Source: Candidatus Mediterraneibacter quadrami
GTDB lineage: Bacteria; Bacillota; Clostridia; Lachnospirales; Lachnospiraceae
NCBI GenBank assembly: GCA_019120575.1
Contig: DWUU01000035.1
Coordinates: 11,877 to 75,876 of the forward strand
DNA: 64,000 nucleotides
Reading direction: 5' to 3'
In this document: in pieces, positions 18,189 to 27,500 of the stretch
Numbering within the stretch: position 1 is the stretch's first letter
How the letters are laid out: every line of letters begins with the position of its first letter
Program-made: the position numbers and the translations under genes
Notes under the pieces: generated by a model
What the model was told of the DNA's origin: nothing
Databases searched by the model: none
The model's input: the letters and a program-made list of their open reading frames with translations, nothing else

Positions 18189-19759
18189 AAGCGCTGATCT
18201 ATCTGACGAAACGGAGCCTTATAAATAATCTCAAACAGGCGTGCAGGAAGCCGCTGACCCTGGTTCTTCTGATCTTCGGGATCGCATACGGGATCTTCGT
18301 GGTGGCCATGCTGGGCACCCTGGCTCTGACGATCCACATTGATTCGCCGAAAGGGCTGCTGGCGGTTCTGATCATCTGGAGCATATACGGATTCCTGGGC
18401 AATTTTATGTCCTATTCGTCCAGGAAGGGGATTCTCTTCCGGCCTGCCCACGCGCACTTTGTATTTCCTTCGCCGGTCAGCCCGAAGCTGGTGCTGCTTG
18501 AGAGCGCCTGGATGAACTATATGACTTCTGTGTGCATCTGGCTTGTGATCGGGATCGGGGCGTTTACCGTGTTCGGCATCCATCCGGTGAAGGCGGTCCT
18601 GGTCGTGCTGTTCGGACTGGTCATCGAGCTGGCCTTCGAGATCGCGGTCATGCTGTTCCTGTACACCAATGACCGGCTGCCGGAAAGAGTGATGAAAGGG
18701 ATCCGCTGGGCGATCAAGATCTTTATGGCGGCGTTCGCGCTGGCGGTGGTGCTTTACTTCCGGGTAAACGGTCTTTCCATTGAGAGCGCCTGGGCTCTTG
18801 TTGATCTCCCGGCGCTTCAGATGATCCCGGTCATGGGCTGGCAGATCGCGGCCTACCGGCTGATCCTGCTTGGCCCGACCGTCCTGAATGTGATCTGTAC
18901 GGTCCTTTATCTGGCAGTGGTGTGCGTTTCCGTTGCCGCGGCGGTCCGCATGAAATGCGACGGCGGCTACTATGAGGAGGCGGCGAAATTTGCCGACGAT
19001 TATGCAGAATTGAAGAAACGTCAGAAATCCGGGGAAATGGTCTGGGGTATGAACGAGAAGAAGCGGAGCTTCCGCCGCGTCCGCGAAAGGATCACCGGGA
19101 AGGGTGCAAAGGCAGTCTTCCACAGGCAGATGCTGGAATACCGGAAGGAGAAGTTCTTCTTCCTTGACAAGCTTACACTGGTCTCCCTGTTCATTGCCGT
19201 CTGCTTCTCCTTCGGTTTCGGGAAAGACGCGGTCGGTTCTTCGGAAGCGCCCATCGTCCTGCTGGGCGTGGTGGCTTATGTGTCCTTCTGCATGAGCGGG
19301 TATCTGGGTAAATGGGAGACAGAACTTAAGAATCCTTACATATTCATGATCCCGGACACGCCCCTCCGGAAGATGTGGTACGCCACGTTGACGGAGCATA
19401 TTAAAGCGGTTATCAACGGGGCGGTTATCTGCCTGCCGATCGGCCTTTACTGGCGGGTGCCGGTCTGGAAGATCATATTCTGCATCCTGATCTATGTGGT
19501 CATCCAGGCAAACCGTCTGTACACGATGGTGATCACCCAGTATCTTGTCGGAGAGACGTTCGGGAAGACGGGGCAGAACATCATCCGCATGTGCATCCAG
19601 ATGATGCTTCTCGGCACCGGGGCAGGAGTGGCCGCGCTTGTCGCAATCTTCATTAATATGGATCTGCTCTTCCCGATCGTGCTGGTCTACAGCCTGATCG
19701 TTACGATAGCAGTCGGTGTGGCGGCGTCATTCCGGTTTGAAATGATGGAGCAGCTTTAA
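18185..19759 (+). CDS. putative ABC exporter permease
   Basis: Multi-TM protein translationally coupled (ATGA overlap) to the ABC ATPase. Confidence 0.85.
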   Translation: MKALIYLTKRSLINNLKQACRKPLTLVLLIFGIAYGIFVVAMLGTLALTIHIDSPKGLLAVLIIWSIYGFLGNFMSYSSRKGILFRPAHAHFVFPSPVSPKLVLLESAWMNYMTSVCIWLVIGIGAFTVFGIHPVKAVLVVLFGLVIELAFEIAVMLFLYTNDRLPERVMKGIRWAIKIFMAAFALAVVLYFRVNGLSIESAWALVDLPALQMIPVMGWQIAAYRLILLGPTVLNVICTVLYLAVVCVSVAAAVRMKCDGGYYEEAAKFADDYAELKKRQKSGEMVWGMNEKKRSFRRVRERITGKGAKAVFHRQMLEYRKEKFFFLDKLTLVSLFIAVCFSFGFGKDAVGSSEAPIVLLGVVAYVSFCMSGYLGKWETELKNPYIFMIPDTPLRKMWYATLTEHIKAVINGAVICLPIGLYWRVPVWKIIFCILIYVVIQANRLYTMVITQYLVGETFGKTGQNIIRMCIQMMLLGTGAGVAALVAIFINMDLLFPIVLVYSLIVTIAVGVAASFRFEMMEQL

Positions 19760-19768
19760 TAAAAACAG

Positions 19769-19798
19769 TTGACACGGGCCTGTGGCCCGTGTTATTCT
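19769..19798 (+). promoter_or_regulatory. promoter candidate whose spacer is a hairpin (also possible terminator of the upstream operon)
   Basis: TTGACA cgggcctgtggcccgtgt TATTCT. Stem ACACGGGCC-tgt-GGCCCGTGT. Confidence 0.5.
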
Positions 19799-19900
19799 AT
19801 GACAAGAAACTTTAATGCTTTAAAGCGTAACGGTTTAAAGCGTAACGCAATAAAGTCGTCATGAAGTAAAAGAAACAGAACAGGAAAGGCGGAAAAAACA

Positions 19901-21427
19901 ATGGGAATCAAAGTGGCAATGCTGATTATATTTTTTGCGGTAATGGCGGGCGTCGGGTTCTATGCGCGCCGGCATACCTCCAGTGTGGATGGATTCGTCC
20001 TGGGCGGCCGCTCGGCGGGGCCCTGGCTTACGGCATTTGCATACGGCACTTCCTATTTTTCCGCGGTTGTATTTGTCGGATATGCCGGTCAGTTCGGGTG
20101 GAAATACGGCATCGCCAGCACCTGGATCGGCATCGGCAATGCCGTCATCGGAAGTCTTCTGGCCTGGGTCGTACTTGGAAGAAGGACGAAAATCATGACC
20201 CAGCATCTCCAGTCCAGGACGATGCCGGACTTCTTCGGCGAGCGGTACGGATCCAAGGCGCTCAAAGTGGCGGCGTCCATGATCGTCTTCGTATTCCTGA
20301 TCCCGTATACGGCTTCCGTGTACAACGGACTGTCCAGGCTGTTTGAGATGGCGTTTAACATCCCGTACACCTGGTGCGTCATCGCCATGGCGCTCTTTAC
20401 GGCGGTATACGTCATTCTGGGCGGATATATGGCGACGGCCATCAATGATTTCATCCAGGGCATCATCATGCTCATCGGGATCGTGGCGGTGATCGCCGCC
20501 GTGCTGAGCGGACAGGGCGGTTTCATGAACGCCATATCCGAAATGTCTCAGATTCCCAGCGACGTTCCGCTGACCGCCGGCCAGCCGGGCGCGTTTACAT
20601 CCTTCTTCGGGCCCGATCCGCTGAACCTCCTCGGCGTGGTCATCCTGACCTCCCTCGGAACCTGGGGACTGCCGCAGATGATCGGCAAATTCTACGCCAT
20701 CAAAGACGAGAAGTCCATCAATACCGGAACCGTGATCTCCACCGTATTTGCCATCGTCGTATCCGGCGGCTGCTACTTTCTGGGCGGATTCGGCAGGCTG
20801 TTCGACAGCCCGGCGATCTACGACGCGTCGGGGTCAGTCGTATTTGACAGTATTGTGCCTCACATGCTCTCTGGACTGCCGGATATCCTGATCGGCATCG
20901 TGGTGGTGCTCGTACTGTCCGCGTCCATGTCCACCCTGTCTTCACTGGTGCTGACGTCCAGTTCCACGATGACGCTGGATCTTCTGAAGGACAATGTGAT
21001 CAAAAATATGAGCGAGAAAAAGCAGATCATCACCATGCAGATCCTGGTTGTATTCTTCCTGGTTGTTTCGGTCGTGATCGCGCTGGATCCGCCTACCTTT
21101 ATCGCCCAGCTCATGGGCATCTCCTGGGGCGCGCTGGCCGGAGCATTCCTGGCGCCGTTCATGTACGGCCTGTACTGGAAGGGCGTGACCCGGGCGGGCG
21201 TCTGGGCCGGTTTTATCAGCGGCGTCGGCATCACCGTCGCAAACATGTTCATCGGCTTCATCGAGTCTCCGATCAACGCCGGGGCAGTGGCCATGGCGGC
21301 AGGACTTGTCGTCGTGCCGGTGGTGAGCCTCATCACGCCGAAGCCGGATAAAGAGAAAGTAGATGACATATTTGCATGTTACGATGAAAAAGTGACCATA
21401 TCCAGAAAACGGTCGCTGCAGGAATAG
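19901..21427 (+). CDS. sodium:solute symporter (SSS) family protein
   Basis: FVLGGRS.GPW, SYFSAVVFVGYAG, T.PDFFGERY, GLPQM..KFY, SASMSTLSS; about 13 TM segments. Confidence 0.93.
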   Translation: MGIKVAMLIIFFAVMAGVGFYARRHTSSVDGFVLGGRSAGPWLTAFAYGTSYFSAVVFVGYAGQFGWKYGIASTWIGIGNAVIGSLLAWVVLGRRTKIMTQHLQSRTMPDFFGERYGSKALKVAASMIVFVFLIPYTASVYNGLSRLFEMAFNIPYTWCVIAMALFTAVYVILGGYMATAINDFIQGIIMLIGIVAVIAAVLSGQGGFMNAISEMSQIPSDVPLTAGQPGAFTSFFGPDPLNLLGVVILTSLGTWGLPQMIGKFYAIKDEKSINTGTVISTVFAIVVSGGCYFLGGFGRLFDSPAIYDASGSVVFDSIVPHMLSGLPDILIGIVVVLVLSASMSTLSSLVLTSSSTMTLDLLKDNVIKNMSEKKQIITMQILVVFFLVVSVVIALDPPTFIAQLMGISWGALAGAFLAPFMYGLYWKGVTRAGVWAGFISGVGITVANMFIGFIESPINAGAVAMAAGLVVVPVVSLITPKPDKEKVDDIFACYDEKVTISRKRSLQE

Positions 21428-21437
21428 AATGCCAATT

Positions 21438-21524
21438 CAGGCCGAACAAACCGGCGAGTCTATTCGGCTCAGAAGGCAGAAATGCAAATCCAGGCCGAAC
21501 AAACCGGTATGAGCGTTCGGCTCA
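21438..21524. repeat. tandem pair of 34-bp imperfect-hairpin elements (53-bp period)
   Basis: caggccgaacaaaccgg-N7-(t/g)ttcggctca at 21438-21471 and 21491-21524. Confidence 0.8.
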
Positions 21525-21540
21525 AAATACAAAATATACG

Positions 21541-21577
21541 ACCAGGGAATCAGAAATATGGTTCCCTGGCTTTTTTT
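21541..21577 (+). terminator. intrinsic terminator after the SSS gene
   Basis: CCAGGGAA(TC)...(GG)TTCCCTGG followed by C and T7. Confidence 0.8.
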
Positions 21578-21693
21578 GAAAAAATTTCCGTATAACCTCT
21601 TGATTTTTTCAGAAACTATATTATAATAAGGCTTGTAAAGAAATCCTAGCAAAATACTAGGGAATAAAAATGAATTTCAAGGAGGTTATAATC

Positions 21694-22638
21694 ATGGTGA
21701 ATATACAGAAAGCAGCAGTGATCGGATGTGGATTTGTCGGATCGACCATCGCCTATACGCTGATGCAGCAGGGAACTTTTTCAGAGCTTGTCCTGATCGA
21801 CGCAGTTCAGGCGAAGGGAGAAGGGGAGGCGATGGATATCAGCCACGGCATCCCGTTCGCCCATTCCATGGACATCCATGCGGGAACGTACGAGGATATT
21901 GCGGACGCATCCGTAGTGATCATCACGGCGGGAGCGAACCAGAAGCCGGGGGAGACACGGCTTGACCTGGTGCAGAAGAACTCCCGGATCATGAAAGGGA
22001 TCATTGCGGAGATCAAACGGGTGAAATGCGAAGGCATTCTGATGATCGTATCGAACCCGGTGGACATCCTGACTGAAGTGGCGCTCCGGGAGTCCGGATT
22101 CCCGAAGGAGCGGGTGATCGGTTCCGGTACGGTTCTTGATACGGCGAGATTCAAGTATCTGATCAGCCAGAAGCTGGATGTGGACAGTAAGAACGTCCAT
22201 GCGTTCATTGCAGGAGAGCACGGGGACAGCGAGCTTGCGGTATGGAGTTGTGCAAATGTATACGGCATCCCACTGGATGAATTTGCCCGCATACGGGGCA
22301 TCGGCAATCTGGACCGGACCAAAGACGAGATCTATCATGCGGTGCGGGACAGCGCCTACGAGATCATCGAGCGCAAGGGAGCGACTTACTACGGCATCGG
22401 GATGGCGGCGGCAAGGATCGCGGAGGCCATCGTCCGGGACAGTCATACGGTAGCGCCAATCTCCGTATCACTGAACGGGGAGTACGGACTGGACGGGCTG
22501 TGCCTGAGCATACCGACTGTGATCGGGAATAAAGGGGCGGAGCAGATCCTGGAGATCAGCCTGAGTGAAGAGGAGAAAAAGAATCTGCAGAAATCAGCGG
22601 ATGAGTTAAAAAGTGTTCTGGCACAGATCGAATTTTAA
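21694..22638 (+). CDS. ldh: L-lactate dehydrogenase
   Basis: IGCGFVG, ITAGANQKPGETRLDL, SNPVD, GSGTVLDTAR, GEHGDS, KGATYYGI. RBS aaggagg before ATG 21694. Confidence 0.96.
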   Translation: MVNIQKAAVIGCGFVGSTIAYTLMQQGTFSELVLIDAVQAKGEGEAMDISHGIPFAHSMDIHAGTYEDIADASVVIITAGANQKPGETRLDLVQKNSRIMKGIIAEIKRVKCEGILMIVSNPVDILTEVALRESGFPKERVIGSGTVLDTARFKYLISQKLDVDSKNVHAFIAGEHGDSELAVWSCANVYGIPLDEFARIRGIGNLDRTKDEIYHAVRDSAYEIIERKGATYYGIGMAAARIAEAIVRDSHTVAPISVSLNGEYGLDGLCLSIPTVIGNKGAEQILEISLSEEEKKNLQKSADELKSVLAQIEF

Positions 22639-22662
22639 ATAATCTGAATAATATAAGTAGCG

Positions 22663-22705
22663 AAAAAAGGCTGTCCGGAGATAAATTTCCCCGGGCGGCC
22701 TTTTT
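22663..22705 (+). terminator. terminator after ldh
   Basis: AAAAAAGGCTGTCCGG...CCGGGCGGCCTTTTT. Confidence 0.8.
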
Positions 22706-22813
22706 GTATGCATGTATACAATGATGAAAATCCGTTCGGAAACAGGTTTCATGTATTATAGATTACACAGAGAAAAATACTAAAGAAAAAACGAAATCAG
22801 GAGGGAACAGAAC

Positions 22814-23668
22814 ATGAGTAAAACCGGAAAAACCGATCGGACGAAGCGTATTAAAGAATTTCAGATCTATCTCCAGGAGCGTGAAAACGCCGCTTCCACG
22901 ATAGAGAAGTATGTGCGGGACATTCATAAATTTTTCGGATTCATAAAGGACCGGGAGATCAGTAAGGAACTGCTGATCGCCTATAAACAATGGCTTCTTG
23001 AAAATTATTCTGTAAACAGCGCGAATTCCATGCTGGCGGCGCTGAACCAGTACCTTGTTTTTATCGAACTGGGACGTCTGAGGCTGAAACGCATCCGTGT
23101 ACAGCGGATGGATATGCAGGATCCGGACCGGGAGCTGGGAAAAGAAGAATTCCGGAGACTGGTGCGTGCGGCGCGGGAAATGGAAAAAGAGCAGATCGCC
23201 ATGATCATGGAGACCATCTGCGCGACCGGAATCCGGGTCAGCGAGCTTCGCTTTTTCAGGGTGGAGGATCTGCGCAGAGGACTCGTAAAAGTCTGGAATA
23301 AAGGCAAATGCCGGATGGTCATTATCCCTCGGCTGCTGAAACAGAAACTGCTGGCCTATGCCGGAAGCCGTCATATATGCTCCGGGGTTATTTTCCGTAC
23401 CAGAACGGGGAAAGCCGTGGACCGTGTGAGTATCTGGAAGGAAATGAAAAATGTAGCGAAAAAAGCGGGCGTTGCGCCGGGAAAAGTTTTTCCGCACAAT
23501 TTAAGGCATCTGTTTTCGAGGGAATTCTATAAAATCACAAAAAACCTGGTAAATCTGGCCGATATTCTGGGTCACAGCAGTCTGGAAGTGACGCGGATCT
23601 ATGCGTCTGACGGGATGAGGGAATGGAGGAGAAACCTGGAGAAAACCGGTCTCATACTCGAAACATAA
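22814..23668 (+). CDS. tyrosine recombinase (XerC/D-like, SAM-like N-domain), putative invertase
   Basis: Catalytic set present: TGIRVSE (R), HNLRH (HxxR), LGHSS, TRIY (Y). 284 aa with no arm-binding N-terminal extension. RBS ggagg. Confidence 0.95.
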   Translation: MSKTGKTDRTKRIKEFQIYLQERENAASTIEKYVRDIHKFFGFIKDREISKELLIAYKQWLLENYSVNSANSMLAALNQYLVFIELGRLRLKRIRVQRMDMQDPDRELGKEEFRRLVRAAREMEKEQIAMIMETICATGIRVSELRFFRVEDLRRGLVKVWNKGKCRMVIIPRLLKQKLLAYAGSRHICSGVIFRTRTGKAVDRVSIWKEMKNVAKKAGVAPGKVFPHNLRHLFSREFYKITKNLVNLADILGHSSLEVTRIYASDGMREWRRNLEKTGLILET

Positions 23669-23684
23669 TATTAATTATGTTGCA
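23659..23684 (+). promoter_or_regulatory. left recombination site (dif-like dyad)
   Basis: CGAAACATAA-TATTAA-TTATGTTGCA: two inverted arms around a 6-bp asymmetric spacer. Contains the recombinase stop codon TAA at 23666-23668. Confidence 0.85.
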
Positions 23685-23859
23685 CATGTTACGGAATGAA
23701 TATAAATATCCACTACCCTTTAAATCTTATACTACATATATGGTTTTGTCAATAAACACCGTGTCAGTTTTCCGGGACCCGGTTCTCTGTTTTTGATGTG
23801 CTGATTCTCTCCGAACAGCGTAAATCCGCCTGATTTCTGCCGCTGCAACATAATTAATA
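23669..23859. mobile_element. invertible DNA segment (promoter inverton), about 190 bp
   Basis: Bounded by inverted sites identical over 19 consecutive bp (22 of 24) with spacers in opposite orientation; adjacent to an intact tyrosine recombinase. Confidence 0.8.
23724..23752 (-). promoter_or_regulatory. sigmaA promoter inside the inverton, pointing away from the AP2/adhesin genes (OFF orientation)
   Basis: Minus strand TTGACA (23752-23747), 17-nt spacer, TAAGAT (23729-23724). Confidence 0.8.
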
Positions 23860-23869
23860 TTACGTTGCG
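23844..23869 (-). promoter_or_regulatory. right recombination site (inverted copy)
   Basis: TGCAACATAA-TTAATA-TTACGTTGCG; spacer TTAATA is the reverse complement of the left spacer TATTAA. Confidence 0.85.
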
Positions 23870-23909
23870 CCGCTGCATTGCAGGTTGCGGACAGAAAGAA
23901 GAGGGTTTT

Positions 23910-24548
23910 ATGCCGGGGAAAATCAATCAGAAAGAAGAACCGTTCGGTCGTCCGGCCCATGCCGGCCGCAGAGGAAGGGTTGCGGAAGATCTGACCGGCC
24001 GGCGTTTCGGCAGGCTGACTGTTGTCGCGCCTACCAGCAGTCGGGACCGGCGGGGGTGCATCCGGTGGAAATGCATCTGCGACTGCGGGCAGGAGACGGA
24101 AGTCTCTGGAGCCTCGCTTGTGCAGGGATGCACGCTGAGCTGCGGATGCCTGAAGCGGGAAAATCAGAAGAAAATCACAGAACGGCTTCACCGGGGATAC
24201 GGAACTTGTGTGGAATTCCTGGAGAGGCGGAAGTACAGAAGCGATAATACGAGCGGGCACTGCGGGGTCTCGCAGCTGAAGAACGGAAGATACCGTTCCT
24301 ATATCGGATTCAGGGGAAAACGATATTATCTGGGAACGTTCGATACCTATGACGAGGCCGTGCAGGCCAGACAGGAGGCGGAGCAGACGGTCTACGACAG
24401 CTTCCTTGAAACGTATTACGAGTGGAAGAAAAAGGCGGACGCTGACAGGAAATGGAAAGAAACTCATCCGCTGATATTTGAGGTGGAGAGGAAGGATGGT
24501 AATCTGGTCGTCCGAAAAGATACAGGCCGAAAGAAACAGCCTGAGTAA
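23910..24548 (+). CDS. Zn-ribbon plus AP2-domain DNA-binding protein (resembles HNH-AP2 endonucleases but no HNH motif seen)
   Basis: DLTGRRFGRLTVV...WKCICDCG...SCGC, then NTSGHCGVS....GRYRSYI...GKRYYLGTFDTYDEAVQARQEAE (AP2 pattern). RBS gaagaggg before ATG 23910. Confidence 0.8.
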   Translation: MPGKINQKEEPFGRPAHAGRRGRVAEDLTGRRFGRLTVVAPTSSRDRRGCIRWKCICDCGQETEVSGASLVQGCTLSCGCLKRENQKKITERLHRGYGTCVEFLERRKYRSDNTSGHCGVSQLKNGRYRSYIGFRGKRYYLGTFDTYDEAVQARQEAEQTVYDSFLETYYEWKKKADADRKWKETHPLIFEVERKDGNLVVRKDTGRKKQPE

Positions 24549-24583
24549 CAGGAAGCAGCAAGGATATTGAAAGGAAGAGTGGT

Positions 24584-27500
24584 ATGAGAAAGATGAAAAG
24601 AATGGTTGCACTCCTGCTTGCGTCAGTTATGATCCTTACGAGTCAGAGTGTTGCGACGGCGGCTGAGGTGGCAGCAGACACATCGACTCAGGAAAACATT
24701 GCGCCAGAGAGTACAGAAGCAGAAGTGCAGAAATCAGACACAGAAGAAGCTTCTGAGACAAAAGCAAGTACCGCAGATGCGGAAGAGCCTTCTGAAACAA
24801 AAAATAACTCAGAGGTCTCTTCGGCTGATGAAGCTTCAAAGGAAGCGAAAAATACATCCGAGACGCCTGAACCGAAGGAACTGACGCTCACAGATGAGCA
24901 GACGGGCGTGCAGGTGACCGGTATGGACAATGTGCTGCCTGAGGGAGCAGTCCTCAGTGCAGACGAGAAGAAAGAAAAGGAAGATGCTGATTATCCGGCA
25001 CAGGCGAAGGAAGACATCGCCGCGAAGCTGGAGCAGGAGAACCTTTCCCTGACAGATATCGCTTTCTATGACATCAGTCTTGGCGGCGGACAGCCCTCCG
25101 GCAAGATCGAGGTCCGCTTCCCCGTGCCCGGAGACTGGGACGGAGAGCTTGACGCATGGTACATTGATGAACAGGGCAATGTAACGAATATGGACGGGGA
25201 GAAAAATGCATCAGAAAACTATTTCGCATTCCAGACCGACCATTTCAGCCTGTATGCCTTAAGCGTCAGCGGGCCGAAGGAAGAAGAGAATAATATAGAA
25301 GAAACACAGCCGGCGGATGAGAAGAAGGATGAAGAGCAGACGGCCGAACCGGCTCCTCAGAACGCAGAACCAAAGGACGGGGATGAGGACACCAACGGAC
25401 AGACCTTCGCGGAAGCGGCAGAGTCTCATTATGGAGAAGGCGGAACCACTGCAACGGCATCCGCCACGATCCAGTATGAAGGGACAGGCAATACCGTTAA
25501 GGCAGGACAGACCATTTCGTTCCTGATCGATTATTGGTTTGATTCCGCAATTTACTACAATTACGGAGAGCACAGTCAGCCGCTGTTTGACTCCTATGAT
25601 GATTCTAAGATCATCCTGCACCTTCCTGAGGGAATGAGTGTAGTAGAGGGTGTTGAGGGAACGCTGCAGAATGTAACAAAAGTAGAGGGGCCGGCAGAAG
25701 GAAGCAATGACTGGACACTCTTCCTGAACAATAAAATATCAGCGGATTCCGACAGTACGGGAAGTTTTCTGGTCACGATCCAGATTGGCGGCAATGGAAG
25801 CACAGAGATCGGCCATGTGTATGATCTCTCTGATCTGATGGATATTGAGACCAGCTTTACCATCAAAGACCGGACAAACCCGGATCAGATCACAGACGGG
25901 AAAACTTATAAGAAAAAGGTTCCCACCTCCAGTACGCTGGAGGATCTGACTTCTGTGACAGGTGATTCCTGGATGGTCAAGAAATCGGCGTCCGGAACAC
26001 CGGTCGTATCGAACGATAAGAAGACGGTGACCGTCCGCTTTACACTGGAAGTGGGTCTGGAAGAAGGCGGAGATATTGTGACACAGGCCAATACCTATGG
26101 AAGAACGGGCCGTGTCCCCTTTGCAAATGGCAATACGATCTCATTGAAAGAGACTCCGGTTGTGAAAGACCGTGACGGAAATGCGATCCAGGCACAGAGT
26201 ATAACCGTGACTCCGGATTTTGGAACAAAAACTCCAATCACTTTTGACTCTGCAGGAGCTACAATGAGCATTCCAGTGGATACCTGTGCAGGAAAAGGAA
26301 TCAGTTTGGATGTGGATCCTAATGCGCCGTACTATTCCAGGTATCTTGTGGAAATGGTGTATCCCTATGATGATTTTATCGCGCAGTATTATGATGAAAA
26401 TCAGGAGCAGCTGACGGTTACCAATACAGCGGAAATCCAGTATGCTTTGAAAACCAATGGAGGTACACTTCCGGATACTTCAACGAGTACCGCACAGCAG
26501 AAAGCGGGCGAGGTGACGAAACCTGCAGAACTGACTCTTGGAAAAATCATAAATCACTATGACACCAATGTACCGGTTGATTATATCTGGGCAAACTTTG
26601 GAGATATGGAAGGTCTCGCAGAGGAACCGGTCAAGGGCCCGGTTGTCTATGAGATCAAAGGGGAGAATGGCACTACACCTACTCTCTATATCAAAGAGGG
26701 CGACACTTATAAAGAACTGACCGGGGCAAACGGGCAGGTGACTTACGATCCCTCTACGGATCAAAATAACCAGACCGGCGAGGTGACCGTATACCTGGAT
26801 CCCGGAACATATATCGTAACAGAGCAACAGGGACCGGCAAATACAAGTCCGGTGGCAGAAAACGATGATAAAGATCATAATGCGGAGCCCAAGACCTTTA
26901 CCATAGCGGCAGGAGAAAAGGAAACCGCCACCTTCTATAATAAGGAACAGCTGGGACAGATCAATATTCTGAAAAGAGGCGAGCAGAACGGACAGGTGTC
27001 AGTGCTGAAAGACGCGGTGTTCGGACTTTATACCGATGCGTCCTGCTCTGAGGACAGCAAGGTCGCTGAAGTCAAGACAAATGCAGACGGAACCGCTTCT
27101 TTTACCCGCCTTCTTTACGAGACGGAGTACTATGTAAAAGAGATCAGTGCGCCCAGTGGTTATATTAAAGATGACACAGTGTATGGGTCGTATACACTTT
27201 CAGCAGAAAAGGACGAGGTTACGGTAGAAAGCCTGAATGAGTACAACCTGGCGCCGATCGTACTGCAGAAGCAGGTATATAATCCCAATACCGGGAGATA
27301 TGACAATGTGATCGCTGCAAATGCGGGTGTGTTTAAGAAATGCTTCCAGATCCTGAGGAAAGCGAAAGATGGCGATACCTGGACGCCTGTTGAAGTGACA
27401 GGCGGGGAGACTCTGATCTCTCTTGGAGAGGATGGAACGATCCGTCGGCAGCTTCCCGTATACGAAGGGGACGGCAAGACCCTGATCACCTATAAGATCG

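Noticed and set aside
21438-21524. CRISPR mini-array
   Set aside because: Only two units with a spacer of about 19 nt, internal variation within the repeat, and no cas genes or leader.
21575-21660. Rex operator upstream of ldh
   Set aside because: No adequate match to TTGTGAA-N4-TTCACAA by eye.
22725-22738. LexA-like TGAAAATCCGTTCG upstream of the recombinase
   Set aside because: The left half (GAAA) breaks the invariant GAAC, so it is too weak to call without a PWM scan.
23659-23684. Left site as the chromosomal dif site
   Set aside because: A second inverted copy lies 160 bp away around a promoter, and the site overlaps the stop codon of its own recombinase. That fits an inversion switch better than a single dif, though host Xer cross-talk is not excluded.
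23865-23909. Longer TTG start for the AP2 gene given by the ORF track
   Set aside because: The TTG lies inside the right recombination arm and has no RBS; ATG 23910 has one.
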